Of a stretch of 64,000 nt of DNA, positions 1 through 15,200 are shown piece after piece. Made by a program: the position numbers and the translations under genes. The notes beneath the pieces are model-generated. The model did not search any database. It was not told the DNA's origin and was given only the letters and a program-made list of their open reading frames with translations. Source of the DNA: Lingula anatina (lineage: Eukaryota > Animalia > Brachiopoda); NCBI GenBank assembly GCA_051362555.1, contig CM120640.1:36475967-36539966 (forward strand). Reading direction: 5' to 3'. Position 1 is the first letter of the stretch. Each line of letters starts with the position of its first letter.

Positions 1-292
1 ATTTAATACAAACACATGGCACTGTTGAAAAATCAGTCATAGACATTGTCAGTAGATAGTGTATTTACCATCTACAAAAAATTAGATAATATTTAAATTT
101 ACTTTAAAAAGTAGTCATATGTATCCCATTAGATAATTTTTCAATTTACTTTAAAAAGTAGTCGTATGTATTCTGTTAACAGTGATTTTATTGTCCCTGT
201 CTAATGTGCTCAATTTCCTTTATTGATATCATATAAATTACAGCCGATATTGAATATGATGTTAGTCATATGGTTATTATACATGCCTTCAG

Positions 293-3200
293 AGACATTA
301 CACATCTTCCATGTGTTGTGCCGTGGTCTGGAGGAGCAAGAGTTGACAGTCAGTGTTGGAAACGGTAAAACTGCCCAAAACCTTTTCCCAGCTGTAGCGA
401 CTGCTTCCATCAGGTAAAACTACTCAGACAGTCATTATTGATTTTACAAGGGTCTTTTTTTATTGGAGTTCTGTTGATATATATTACTAGTGATAGTTGG
501 TGTATAAAAGATCTCAGAATGTCAAGATATGTGGATAAATTGAAAAGGGTAGATGTTGGTCACCTAGTTATTTAGACATTAATAGACAATCTAATATAAG
601 TTTTTAATGAAGTTCTCCCAAATCCAAATATTAAGCACATACAACTATTTCATAAGTGTCTAAAAAAAAAAACCTTGGAAATCTGTGTGTGCTCAGGTAT
701 TCAAGTTTTCAACATAATTTTTGGAAACCCCAACTGAACTGTCTTGATCAGGTTTTTGGTGGTATATGACTGCAGTAATATAAGTGTCTGTTATCGTCTC
801 AGGTTTGCTTGTGCCCCACCAGTAGGATTACATCTCCAGCCAGACATTAAGCAAGCAGACATAGGCCTGCCCCCATGTCCCATTTCTCTGGACTCTGCTG
901 AACCTGTAAGTCTGCAACATGCATACTGTGTGTGGGAATGGTTTTAAATGTTTGCATGATTAATATTCACTCAAAATGGAATGGTATAGGTAGTATTTGT
1001 GAAGGGGGGGGGGAGTCATAAATAAAATAATTTTAAGTACTTTTCCCTGTGTTATGCCTAATACCCATTCTCCTGAATGTGCTGGTACATAATTGAGTCT
1101 TTAATCAGTGATTTTAATACAATTTTTTTGCATTTGAATTCTTGTTCTCTGTTCTCAGTAAAAACTGCTTTTAAAGTATGAAAAGAAAATAGATTTTTTA
1201 TCACAAAAATGATTCAAAGTATACCGCTATTTCATATGAACTTTCAAACAAATTAGATCCCAGTCCACTGCTACAAAAACCTGGACATCTTGGTGACGGT
1301 CACAGACAGCCAGGGCAGAAAGTTTGACAACTTCTCCTCTCTGGTGTTTGACTGGGATGTATCTGACCACTCTCTGGCCACTCTGGACAGTCTCCAGGGA
1401 GTGGACACAGATGTGACAGTGTTAGAGACCGGGAGGAAATTGGTCAGATGTAAGTTTTTATTTGCTGGGATTTTTTAAAAATACAATTTGGAGATTAAAA
1501 TCTAAACTGCAGTCAGAGCTATGCTTAATATTGCAGTATTATTGTATACATCATTTATAACATCATTTATGTTAAATTAATATATTATTTACTTCAAAAT
1601 GCATGGGCATTGTATCATACACTTGTTGTGTTTATATTAAGCATGAGACATGTGCTTGCTGACTTCCTTCTCCCAGTCTTACAAAAGTTCTACTATAAAT
1701 CTGATTTGAGAGAATTTAAAATAATCTTTTACATAAATAATGGGTACCTGATACCTTTTAGCTGACCATTATGTTGATTTTGAATTTGAACCAAAGATAT
1801 ATTACCCAATGTCAGCGTAAAATATGGAATTGATAAAATATGCTTATTTATTGGCGTCTCCCATTGTGACCAGGCTTCAAGACATTGTACATGAAGGAAA
1901 AGCTAGGTTCATTGACCGTGACAGCTACTGTGCAAAGATATGACCGTAAATACTTCACGCTGGCCAGGATAACATATGAGGTATGTGCTGGATAACATGT
2001 AAATGTCATCTGGTTAAGTGACCTAAAATGTTTCTGACAATTTATGTGATTGAATTTGATATAGAGGTTTTTGACACAGAAAATATTTTGAAATTTTATA
2101 AATGGTACACCCTAAGATGAAACATCGGTAATTTTTTTTCTTTGGGATGAAATATGAACTTGTGAAATGATTGGGTTTTGCATATCCTTATGCAAAATCT
2201 GAAGTGAAATATTGACTGATGTTCTATGAGCAGACACTTTAGAGCAAAATTTGTCATTTGTAATCTGTTTACATGGATTTCCAGTGAGATGAGTGTCATT
2301 ATTTTTTCCCAGGAGAGCATTGATCCTCCTATTAGTCGGTCTCTAGAGCTGATGTTGGTTGAAGATTCTGTCATAGTTCCTGCCTTCATCTCAATATTCA
2401 ATCATCCTTCCAACAAGGTAAGAACTAGCCATATTTTCATGTCATTTCTTACAGAATTGGAATTATTTCAGTTGTATAATTTCTTTCTACAAGATTTCTT
2501 TTCTTTTCTTTTTGTGCTTGCTTACTTACTTGCTTTAGGATTTGTTTAACATAACCTTATTGTCTGTTATCCTTTGATGACTCACCTGTTGAACCTTAAA
2601 GAAATTTCCTGTCTTAAGGTAAACCCACAGCTGTCAAGCTGAAAGAATATTTGCTAGTAGATAAAAGGCATGAAATCATATTTTATCGCTATTAGCATTT
2701 CCCTCAGCACATTTGTACTTAAATAGTGAGAAGTCATAAATTGTTAGAAAATAGAAAAGAGGTAAAAATAGCTGTTGTGTAAAACAATTAACTCATTGTA
2801 TTAATAATTACATTAGCCTTCTTTTCAGTAGAATTAATAAATACAAGTTTCATAATTATTTTATTTACAACTTAATATTTACAGATCATCTGTATTCAGA
2901 TGTAAGCATTTAAGACTCATTTTTAAGTTAAGTACTAAAATATCAATAAAATGGTTAAACCTAGAACCTTTTCTTCGCTTGACTTGTCATACAGCATAAA
3001 CTTATAAATAACAGATGAATTGATGTGGTCAGTACAGTTCAGCATTGCATTTCACCTTGTATAATCTGATTATTCTATTTCTCACAGGTGTCGTTGAAAG
3101 TTGAAAAAGGCTCTGGACACTTCAAGATCAGTTCTGTCCCTCCAAACATCGCACAAGTCAGTTACGACGGCAAGAAGAAAATTGTGCAGGTGATGACTTT

Positions 3201-6200
3201 AATATGATCATGATTTCTCGTGGGATTATTCTTGGCAGTGATACAGCAGTAGTTATTTAATTAACATGAAGTCTTTGGGGATCCATTTGTTCTTGACAGA
3301 ACTGTTTCTCATCGGGTAATGTCTCTGAGAGTCTGTTGGTGTGTGTGCGTTTGTGTGTGACCTGTTTCCTTTAGTATTTAACATTAACAAACAAGATATT
3401 TGAAAGACATACTCTGCAATACACTTCTCGAGACCTGAGAGTTTTGGCAGTGATGGAGCTATACTTCAAATAATGCATGTGGATTTAGATAGTGTTAGGT
3501 GTGACAACACATTGGGTGTGACAGTGTGTTAGGTGTGACAACACATTGGGCATGATAGTGTGTTAGCCGTGACAACACATTGGGTGTGACAGTGTGTTAG
3601 CTGTGACAAGACATTGGATGTGACAGTGTGTTAGCTGTGACAACACATTGGATGTGACAGTGTTAGCTGGGACTGCACATTGGGCGTGGCAGTGTGTTAG
3701 CTGTGAAAATAAATTAGGTATGCCAGTGTGCTTTTTGTAGTCTTATTGTTATCTTCCATACATGTCATATTGGGTGTCAGCTGGCGTGACAGCAGTTTGA
3801 GTCATTGTATTATATGAATTATTTCCCTAACATAGATTTCAGGGTCTTGTGTCTCACTGGAAACCAAGTTATATCCAACATATTATGCTACACTGTGAAA
3901 GGTATCTCATTGTGTCAAGTAGTGCTATGAGTTATCAATAGGTCTGATCTTCATGACACTTTTACTGATGGTTCCCAAGGGATACCAGTACAAGTCCCCA
4001 TTCAAGTCTGCAGTCAGGCAGTTGTCGTACCACCAACCCCCTCCATTGGTCTGGGCGCAGTTCCCAGCATGCCACCGGTCATTGTCTCTGTCCAGTGTCG
4101 TAAATGCTCTCCCGTGGTGATAAAATGGTCCCAGGATGGAGCCGTAGTTGAGGTTGTCGCCTGCGTTGCCAGAGTAACCCTGTACGTGGAGGGAGTAGTT
4201 CTTGGCCTCGTTTGCCACTCTGAAGTAGCCATATTGTGCATAGAAGCTCTTGGATTCATAGCTGAAAGGGGAAAATGTATTTGTGTAATTTTATTTGATA
4301 AAATGTGTTAATAAATGGTTGGCAGTTTATCATTGATTTATCCTAATCTTTTGAGCTATCTATAGATCTCTTGTCAAATTTTTTTATGTGGTTTAAAGCA
4401 GAGGCAATGCTATGGAAACTACAGGCTTTCTTGCCTTTTTAGCTGAATCGGAAGCTAGCATTCTGGTAAATTTATATCATTCATGGATAATACTTTTTCC
4501 ATTGTAATTGCCTATTATATCTAGTGACAATTAATGAACGTATTATCACCGTTATTGAACATATTAAAACATGTCTCTGGACAATAATCAAATTGATTAC
4601 CCCTTGAAGGCAACCTGTGTTTTATGAGATATTGATGCTCGATAAAAATGGCTTTTGTTGAACGGCTGCTTTAGAGAACAATGCTACTACCATAGTCTAT
4701 TCAATTGCATTGACATTTATCACTTGATTGCTTCCTCCTTTTATGAATTCCTTGTACATTTCTTTCTTTTTTTTTATACAGAAATAGTGCTTGTTTGCAG
4801 TGTGTATTTTTTTGTATTCCTGCTGTGCCAGTTATATATCAAGTGTCTGGTTTTTATGACCACAAATTAGATCATGTAGAAGATTTAAAATGCCATGGGA
4901 TGTCCTTATTGACCTTACAAAAATTTGATATCAGGTTGTGCATTTAAATTAATGGTTTCAGATAAAAATAGACCATATACTGCAGTCCAATTCCCTCACT
5001 TTCTTCAAATTTTGATGGAAGTGCCATGCTGCACTGTACTTGAACTGAAGACTTGGGTGTTTTAGTCCTATGTAGATGTCACCATTTTTTGTTCTTAAAA
5101 TGATTAATATGCAGCTGAAATATTTAACTTTAAAGCAAAAAGGGAAGTCAAATTTGGTTTTTAACTTTTACGGGTATGAACGCCTTTGCTTCTTTGACAA
5201 AGGAAAGAATGTCAGACACAGCATTCAGTGCTAATTGTTCCTATCTCCACTCCACTCTCCCTATTACAGACTTCCTATTCTTATTTCACAGTCTATTCAA
5301 GCAAAGGGTTAGGAAAATAATAAGCCTCTGCATACCCTAGCAGTATATAATGGGTCCTCTGGGTCGGAGAAAGCAATTTTGGTCAACATCAGATAGTATG
5401 CTTGAGGGAGCTACTTAGCTGGATAGAAATTATCTTTGGCCTCCTTCTTAGGTACAGAGATATGGATTCATCATAAATAACAAAGGTTCTAAACCATCTT
5501 TCATAAAATTGGCTCCAGGCAAGGAAAACATCATACGCTGAAAAGTGCCATGTGACATTGATTCTATGGAGAGATATTGACTGAAGGAGAACATTCAAAC
5601 AGGACTTCTTTTGAAGATCTGAGAAATCGGGTTTAAAGAAAGCATCTGGAAAAATTAACATTTGGGTTGGGGGATGGGGTTGGGGGAGGGGAGGGGCTTT
5701 GAAAGTAGACTTCTCTGACAAAATAGAGTGGCATTTTTGTTGTCAAGTTATATGGTTAAATATAATTGACAGCTGAGTAAAACACCCACAGTTACCACAG
5801 TGACAAACCTAGGCCAGACTTGTTTCCCTTCGGGGACACTGTTACATCAAAGACAATATGGACAATTTCCTGAATACCTGCCAAATGCCAGGTGTCTGAC
5901 TTAACCTGAGTCACCTAATCCTTTTAGTCTCGACTAACAGGTTTTTTAAAAATAATAATCTGTGTGTGATATCAGAAATTTTCTTTTATTTATATATTTA
6001 TTTATTTTTATTTGTTTGTTTACAATGAGTTCCTCGAGAAAGCTCACTTTCTTGTTTTTGTTGTTGTGGGATGAAGACTGTGGTGTTTTATAACCTTTTT
6101 AAAAAGAAAAGTGTGTGTTCAGTAAGTTTTCACAGCTGTGTTGGTAAACATGCTCATGTTAAACTATCTTTATGTGCATTTTCTTTACGATTGGAAAGAA

Positions 6201-9200
6201 AAAAATGAATGGAATAAACCCTGTAGCAGTCTATGCTTGTGTGGACTCAATTTTCAGTTGACTGCAACAGACATTATTTCGTGAAAACCAGATTAAATTT
6301 ATCAGATATTTCATTTCAATTGTCCCATTGTCATGTCATCATTGTGGCAGCAAAGAATGGTGGACTTTTCAATAATTGGTATCTTATTAGCCATCCGGGT
6401 ACGTCAGGGCTGGCACATTATTCAGGTGCTTAAATACTTATTCCAGCATCTCGTTCCTCAATAGAATTATCCTAATCATTTGAAGTGGCTATCGTGTTCA
6501 GACCCCACACAAATAGATACCATAGCAAACCTCACATGTTCCAGATTTCTATCTTGAGCATGAATGGCCGGGTTTTGACGCTAGACAGCCGATGGATCTT
6601 GTCATTTCCTAACCAGAAGTCAGAGTCAAAGTTGCCGAAGCCATCTTTGTAATCTTTCCAACCTGAAATAAAGATTTTAAAAATTGTAATTACTAAAAGT
6701 GTTTTCCCGTCTGTGTTATTTTACCAGCAACTTTCATTTTTGCTATACAGACAGACTAGGATTTTGAAGAAGAGATATTTAAGTAACATATTCCTGTCAT
6801 TTAAATAATGGAGGATTACAAAGATCTATCAAAGCTATAATTATAGAATAAGAATCATCCTTCAGCAGAATTTTCTACATTGTGGCATTTTTGATGTTTT
6901 TTCCTGCACCAGGGTCACTATGGATACTTCAGCAAAACATCTCCCTCTGTTAAAGGGGAAATTATTAGATAGATCTCACTCTCACCTACCTCTATCAAAG
7001 TTGGTCCTGCTGTGGAGGTGGTTCCTTTGTATAACTGTCCACTTGCCGTCGCACACAACTTCAAAGGGTGCGCTGCTGTTGGAAGGATGAATTTTAAATA
7101 CACCGCCCGGGGTATGTCCATTGCCATAGAGTTCAGAACAATCTTAAAGAGATTTGGCAATGAAGACTGTTAAGATTGGACCAACATTTTCACATTGGTT
7201 TTTCAATGAAAACCCCTTTTATTTTGAACATGGCAGCAAGACAAACTTATTGATGAACCAATGACTTCAACAACCAAGATTTTGTTTGGAATTGAGTATT
7301 GTCTACAAATTTGTGCTGATTGAATTTACAGAATTGCTGGTTTGTCAAGTTATTTGTCAGGCAGCCATATTTAAAATTAAAATGATTCAAGTTAAGAATA
7401 TATATATATATAGAGATAGATATTCATCACAATATTCTTGTAAAGCAAAATTATAACATTCTTTATGTACATGCTTATTGTATTATATTGAATCATTGCG
7501 CAACAATCAATTTTTAGTTTTTAAAAAGATGGCCACCTAGGAAACATTATTCCACGTGTTTTCCATTTTATTTGAACCCCTCAACCCTCAGGTTCAAGTA
7601 CTTAGTTACAAGTGACCTGAAATAACCTACATGTAGATATTGTTTTACAATCATTTTTGAAATTTTTCTCATTTCTTGGAATGCAGTTATTTAATAGGAT
7701 TTACAGTAATTTGATCTCATTTGCTTTTTTTTTTTTTTTTTTTTTTTACTGCATAGATAGATAGTTGGGTTAGGTTAGTTGAAAGATACAGTACAGTGTA
7801 CTTCTGGATGCAGCAAGCTATGAGATAGGAATCTTTCTATTTTTAATCCACTTGAAGAAATTATCTCGTGCATGAATAACTCGCAATTTATGCAGGCGTC
7901 CGAATGCTCTCAAGTGGAGGTGGTAATCTTTCTGGGATTCCAGAAGACTAAGTACCCCTGTCTAAAGAACTGGGCTCTGTCAGTCAAAGCCAATAAGCAT
8001 GTAACCTTTAACTGAAAGACAAATGGAAACCTTGGTGGTATTTTCTCAGCTGATGTTAAGAATGTTCCTGCGCTTAGCTAAACAAAGCTTCAACTAAGAC
8101 GATTACCTGTGGAGAAAAAAAAGGAAATGTTTTGTTCCTATGAGCAGTTACATCTGTCTAGACCACAGGGTTATTTGGAATACTTAGGAATGCTGTTGAG
8201 GGGAATTTTGCATGATAATTGGCAACACTTTTGATGGAAAAATCTGGCGATTGTTCCTTTATAAGATGTGTTATTTTTGTGGTGGCAAATTTTTCGTCAT
8301 TTATTTTTTCTCAGCCTGTCTGTTATTTAGTTGTTGCCTGCTTAAGTTTACATTTTCAGGGGAGTTTCCGCAATTTGGTGGTGAATTCCATGCACAAAGA
8401 TTGTATTGTTTCTTTTGTCTTGATGGAAACAAAGGCAGATGGATGCCTTTATATAAACATGGCAAACGTTGGGTTCTGAGCTTCTATTCTTAAACTATGG
8501 TGAATTTTCTGAAGAAGGCTCTCTCTCACTCTGTGAAAGTAAAACAAAACACTGAAGCTCCAACTCTTCTAAAATACCACCCAGTTTCCTAACAAAGGAA
8601 AGCAACAGGAAAATCAAAGTGACATTTAAAGATGGAATAAGCAGTTATATATATATAATATTTGGATTTATGACATCACTTATTTCTCATACGCTCTGAG
8701 AGCATTCCATAGTAGCTCTCCTAAGTGCTGTTGAACATGGTGTGACTGAATTCTACAGGAATGCTTATGCTGGTATCCATGTAATTTCTGCACCCTCTTA
8801 TTATTATTAGAAAATGGGATATATATATTTAATGTCGCCCATTCTACTCATAACTGTGCAATGAGGCTACAGATGTGTGCGCCATACTTTCACATGCATC
8901 TGGGTTATGTTTGGAACTTGCATCAAGTTTATATTGAACATCATTTCATGGTGTTGTGTGTAGAGAAAACAAATTTTTTTTTTTGGGGGGGGGAGGTGAT
9001 TACAGTTGATACATATTTTTTGTATAATCCAAAAATTTACTGTTTTAAATGATTTCATCATTTTCATCATGAACTCATGAACAGGCTTAGAAGGTGGACT
9101 CTAAGATTTAAAAGGTTACATACCTTTGAAGCAAAATATCCCGTCTTTCAGGAAACGACCTAATTGTTATGTGAGTTTAAAAAAGCAGCCAGGAAATAAA

Positions 9201-12200
9201 TTGCTGATGAGGACTTTGAACTATCTATCTTAAAAATTCTGTTTCTGGTGATAATTGCCATATATTCCCCCTCGTCTGACAGCTCCATCACCCCACCTCG
9301 CCTGAGCAAATGTCAGCAGGCTGAGGGTTGATTTACACTGAAGCCAGTTGTTTGCACTCTCTTTCTCCGTTTCTCTATTTCTGTTGCTGTAGCATTGACC
9401 AGAAACGTAAAAAGATTTCAGTTGGATTGGGTTCCTTTATCAGCAGTTTTACTTGAGAAAAAATTTGGTGTGCTCATTTACTTTGATGTCATATATGCTG
9501 GTTACACTTGCGACTGCAGTCTTTTTTTTTTTTTTTTCTTTTAATGAAATATTGATATATACAATTGTCAAAATATTGTTGGATATTAATGAACAATCTT
9601 TGTTTTACATAAGATTTGGTCACAGAGACCTTGCAAGAAGTATATTACTTGCATTTGCTATTGGAGGAACTATATCAATTTTTGATACCAAGTAGCAAAA
9701 ATTTATTCATAAAAAAACAAACAAAGTTTGTCTTGCAGCTTCATACACTGTCTGAAGGTCCACAAGTTTAAGCATGTTATTTAGACCAAAACATTGCTGT
9801 TAGTCTGTTACCTTGAAGCCTGCTGCCCCATGGCTTTTTACCTGGTCAAGCACTTACCCTTGTCTCAACCCATTGACCCGTTCACTGGTGCAGTTCACAC
9901 CTTAACAGACGTGAGGCAGGCAATATTCCACGCATCTCTTCACTCGTTCCATAATTGGCACCATAAGCATTCTTTCTTTTTTTGTTCTATCATTAAATGT
10001 TGTATTTTTAGGCTATGTTGTTTAGCAACAAGGGCTATTTGTATTGAGGGGGAAAAGCATGTCATCAGGTAAAATGATACATATATACATTGTTGTGGAA
10101 TGAAAGAAGATAAAGACTTACCTCGGTATAACTTTATCTCTGGTCTTTGAGTAGGAACACTTAAGGCAGGCATGTCACTTTGCATGATATCCCCGCTGCT
10201 TGAATTATCTAATTTGTCAAGTTTGATGGGATCGGATACATGGGATTTCTTTGCCAACAATTTTATTATTTCTTCCATTCTAGCCTTGAGATTTAGTATT
10301 TCCTTTTCCTGAGAGGAAATCTGCAATTGTTGCCGCTGTGTTTCGTTGTGAGAGTTGCTTTTATTTTCCAACCTGGCTAATCTGTGCTCTAGTCTCCGTG
10401 AGTAGCGCTCCTGTGTTGCGAGTCTGATCTTGAATTCCCGAAGTTGATATTGTTGTCCCATTATCTCTCTGGCTTGCTGTTCCAGTATATCCTTCATAGC
10501 ACTCTGTTCCCGAAACATCTCCTCCAAAATGGACACCTGTGTTGAATTAATATACCTGTTGTTATTGTTGTGATTTGCATTATTTATTGGCTGTGGTGGT
10601 GGTGGTGTTTGATTAGTATCTCCTGGGTGACACGGACACATTCTTCTTAGTATCTCTTCAGGTACTTGCTCCCAGTCAGGCATCTGAAGACTGTGGATGT
10701 TATAGATATATGCTGTATTCCCATCTTTCTCTTGCACTATGGACAGTGTGAAATTCTTCTCTGGTAAGCTCAGCGCCTCGGCCGTTGACCGAATCCAGGT
10801 GAAGAGGAACAGAATCATGCCTGAAATTATTGGAATTATCCGAGTATCCATGCTGCCCCAGTGATTGCTATAAAAAGAATGACCAGGTTATGAGTGGTGT
10901 GTGAAGTGTCTGCACATCAGACTTCTGCCTGGTATTGATCATACACAGTCCAGGGCTCCAACTGAACATCTGCCCTATCCAGAAGCTGTTTGCTTCACTT
11001 GGCATGGTTATTATCCAGGTGTGGAGCCTTAGGTGGTTTCAGTGGCCTTGTTACTGTATTTTGAATATATTGGGATTATCCCAGATGGTATGGGGCACAG
11101 AGTACAAGACATATGTTTTCTCTAGAGATAACTGTTTATGCTTTTGTAGCCAAGTATCATGAGGAATTCAAGCTCGGGCACGATTTAAAATTTGAGGATT
11201 TTTATGATTGGGTTTTCGTGGAATTTTATGACTCTTGCACTGTATTAATTTCAAGTTGTGCAACCTCTATGGTACATTTTTGCTGAGGTTGTCATTTCTA
11301 GCTCAGGTTAGTTGTCATAGGGTATATGTAGCAATTCAAAAGGTTTTTTTTTTTTCATTCTTTTTCGTATGTTTTTTTTTTTTTTTTTTTTTAGTTTAAT
11401 ATTCCACTTAAAAACAAGTAGAAAGTGGTTTGGCTTATTGTGTCTGGGCTACAAATTTGATAAGCAATTAAAGCAACTGCTTTCACAATGAATTAAATGA
11501 AGCTCTGTTTATGTCGATCAGGTTTTTTTCTCCCCTTTTCCAAATTAGATTATGCAAGAATTTCTCCTTAATTTAGTAGATGTAATTTACCCACATGGTT
11601 GAAATACTTTGACAGAAGAAGTGTCATTTTCTCTAGCTCGGCAGCTTTGGTAAAATAAGTATGACACTCTCTTTTGCTCGGCACTAATTCAAAATTAAAC
11701 GTAGCTCAGTTTTAAGTGCCAGTGTCATTCCTGTGTGTACGCTGTCGCAGTAGTAAGTGGTTATGTTGGATGTTCAGCCCTCAAGGCTGTCAGCAAAGCC
11801 CTCTAATTTCACAATAATAGGTCAGTCAAAAGACTGAAATTGCAACCGCCATAAAGCAAATGTTTGCTTGTTGATGACAGACAGATATTTTCTCCATAGC
11901 AGTGGAGAAGAAAAAACACTGTCATTACCCCATAAATCCTGATTGTACAAGGCAATATCAAGGGGCCAGTCTGGGCTTTGAAATTTGTTTTGGGGAATGC
12001 TTTAATAGCTGCTGAAAAAAAAAATCAAACTTAAATTTGTAGAAAAACATATACCTGTTCAAAAATAGCTCTGTCTTTGCTACGCAAAGAAAATTCTTTT
12101 AGAGAATTGTTTTGGAAATGTTTGGTTTCTATTGTTTCCTCTAATTTTCTGCAGTAAAGACAGTTTTTTCAAAAAGAAAATGTACATAGCGATATCTTTA

Positions 12201-15200
12201 GATTAAATTCTTAACTCATGTTGTGCGAACAATTTTGGAGTAAGAAAAGGAAAAACGGATTCAATTCAAGACCAAAAAGGAATGTGCCACACTAGTCCAT
12301 ATCTTGTAAAGTTGCATAACCTATATATTAGTACAGGCAGTCAAACAGAACCCCAAAGCAACTAAACCACTGAATAAAGTACTAGTAACATGTAGACGGG
12401 GCAATCTTGGAGAAATTAGATAAACTTTTCACCTCATGTCCATTCTATTACACTCATAGATATGGTCTATATCAAATAACTAAAAAGATAGAAGAAATGT
12501 TTTTATAATGGTTGTCTCAACTATTATGTTACTTTCATTTTTGTGTTGGAAGATTCTGAAGAACTGCTGAGTATTTGTTGTAATGATATCAGTTGCTCAA
12601 GAAGAGGAACTGTGAAGCATACTGAATATATACTAAGTGAATAGCATTTATTGCAATATATATATATAATATGAGGCTACAATACAATAACACTAGACAA
12701 AAAAAAAACATGAGCGTGTTAGAAAAAATCTAAGAGATTTATATAATAGCTTTGTTTGTGCAATTTGGCTTTCAGTTTTACTATCTCTTAATCATTGTAT
12801 ACCCACTTGTTATTTATATTGTATATCAAAATAACTTCATTTTGTATATGTTCATCAGTTGAAGCTGATGTTATCACAATATATACATAAAACAGGAGGA
12901 TTAAAGAAAGATGCTGTCGTTATAATATTATCTCTAAGATGACGATTATGAAGCAGGAAAAACTGACTCACTGAGGATAATGATTTATGATTAATCACTT
13001 CATATTTTGATTAAGAACCAATGGACTCGTTTATTTTGGGAGTAAATATTATTTCAGCGGGAGATTCACTCGGAAGAGCTCTATATTCAGGACTTCTGTT
13101 GTTGAACTAATAACCCTGTGTAAAAAAGTATTTCCCATCTGTTTAGGCAATGCATTTAGTTAATTGCCAGGTCTTATCAAGTCTGGCCCCCAAGTTAATA
13201 TGAAGTGAAAATAATACTTATACTAACATCTGTAACAAATGTGTGTGTAAGCATGTAGAAACTTCAGCAAACTTCAAAGGAAATAATCCAGAAGTTTTTT
13301 TTTCTTCCGAATCTCTCAATTTATAGTGCGATCTGGATTGAGAAAATGACAAAAAAAATTATATCAAATGTCATTTTTCAAGGTGATTTGACTGAATGCC
13401 TCTTTTTTTTACTGGGACTCTAAATATTCTTGGATTTTATTCTCAAGTAGATTACCTGGGAGTAATGTGTTGTAGTAACTTGTCTCTCCTACCTAAAGGC
13501 TGTTAAACCAGATACATTTACCTTGGTTCACTTTTGATTTAGCCCCGAGACAGGTAGATCACAGTGTAGTATTTTCAAAGGTTTGTTGTTAGGAGAAATG
13601 GGCATAGATTTGTACACATATCATCATTACTTTCCCTACTGAGCGCTTAGAATATATCATTGCCTTCACTGGCATTTAGAAATGTGGGCATTTTCTTAGT
13701 AGTAATGCGAGCCAGCTATTTAGTTTCCTGTTTGGGTTAGGATGATTGAAAGGATTTGTTACTTTAATCCAGAGTAGCTAAATTGAAATGTGTTTTGGAA
13801 AGCTCTGCCACACATCAGTTTGCCAGCCCAGACTGTGGAGTGCATGGAGTGGTGATCAAAGCAGTATTTTTCAATGAAATTGTCCTTGTTTTTAAGAGAA
13901 AAAAGTACTGGCGGGGTTTTGTTCTTGAAACTTGATTCTGTTCATGGGTTTCCAAACTGATTTGATCTCTCAAGTACGTGTAATGATGTTGCAGAGAAAG
14001 CAATAAAGCATTTAAAAGATAATTGAAGGTCTTGTAACATGATCGAGTTAAAAGTGTACCTTGAATGTGGTTTAAATGAAAATTGGATATTTATCAAAAG
14101 GAATTTTTCTCTTATAGATATTAAACTCGTTGCTTTCAGGTAAGCCCAGTTCATGATGGATTCCTTGCCATCACAGCCTTTGATCTGTGTCTGGACCAAC
14201 CACAGCACGCCAGGTCAGAGGTCAGCATATCAGGGGTCAGCCTTATCCAGGTCAAGGTCGTTGATAAGGTGAGACTAATATTCCCTTAGTGTGTTAAAGC
14301 TACATCCTGCTGACAAGTTGCGGATGTCGAAAACAAAAAACCCATGCAAGGTGTAACTTGTATTTATGCATAACATTAGTGTATTTGAGATACGGAATGC
14401 CTTTCTCTTGTTTTGTCAGTTGCCATGGTATAAAAAAAGTAGAACTGAAAGTATGTAAAGAGTTTTTATATATGTGTTGTAAAATTGTAATGTTGATATT
14501 ATCGATCTCAGGTTGAGCTTGGAAGAAAAATAGTCGCCAGTGTTCGTGTGTTGGACCACGATGGAAAACCATTAGCGGCCTCTTACTTCCCTCTGATGAA
14601 CCTCAAACCACAAACTGGCTCTGAAATCATATCTGTCAGGTGAGAAAGAACCAAAGGGTGCAGGGAAGTTCCTAGAAAATCAACCACAAACTTGCTTTGG
14701 TTATTCCTTGAAACTGTCTTTGTGTTGAAAAGGGAATGAATATTCATTAATTGATTTATTACTATAAGGTATTATGTGCAGACCATGTCTTGTGTGACAA
14801 CTTGTTGTTGCTCATTGCAGTAGAGGAGAAATGTGGTAGTAGAGAATAATGCAATGAAGAAGACTTTTGCCTGGAAAGCTGGCTAAATCTCAGTATATTT
14901 CAGGCCTGATCACACCGAGGAGTTCACAGCTTTTTATATAGTCCATGGTTTGAGTTTAGGTCAGACCAGTTTGTCTTACCTGGCCAACCTGAAGTCTGGA
15001 GAACTGATATCCAGTGAACCCAAAGATATACAGGTAAAAATAGTGTTGAAGAACGGCTGTGTAATTTTTTTAATGATCATATTCAAGTTTTATGTCAGTG
15101 TCATATTGAAAATTGAGAATTTGATTTTTTTTTCTGTGCACAACCACTCGATTGAATGTGAAATTTTATTAAAAATTGAAATGGAATAAGGTTTGGTTAA

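Noticed and set aside
3491-3730. CRISPR-like regular spacing
   Set aside because: No unique spacers and no cas genes; an ordinary eukaryotic minisatellite.
9858-9901. Possible extra - strand exon in the fibrinogen-related gene (strong GTAAGT donor at 9857)
   Set aside because: 44 nt would shift the frame, and exon 1 already joins exon 2 in phase (LYR|DC).
9940-10121. C-terminal ~60 aa of the listed 303-aa ORF
   Set aside because: Intron read-through past the GTAAGT donor at 10121.
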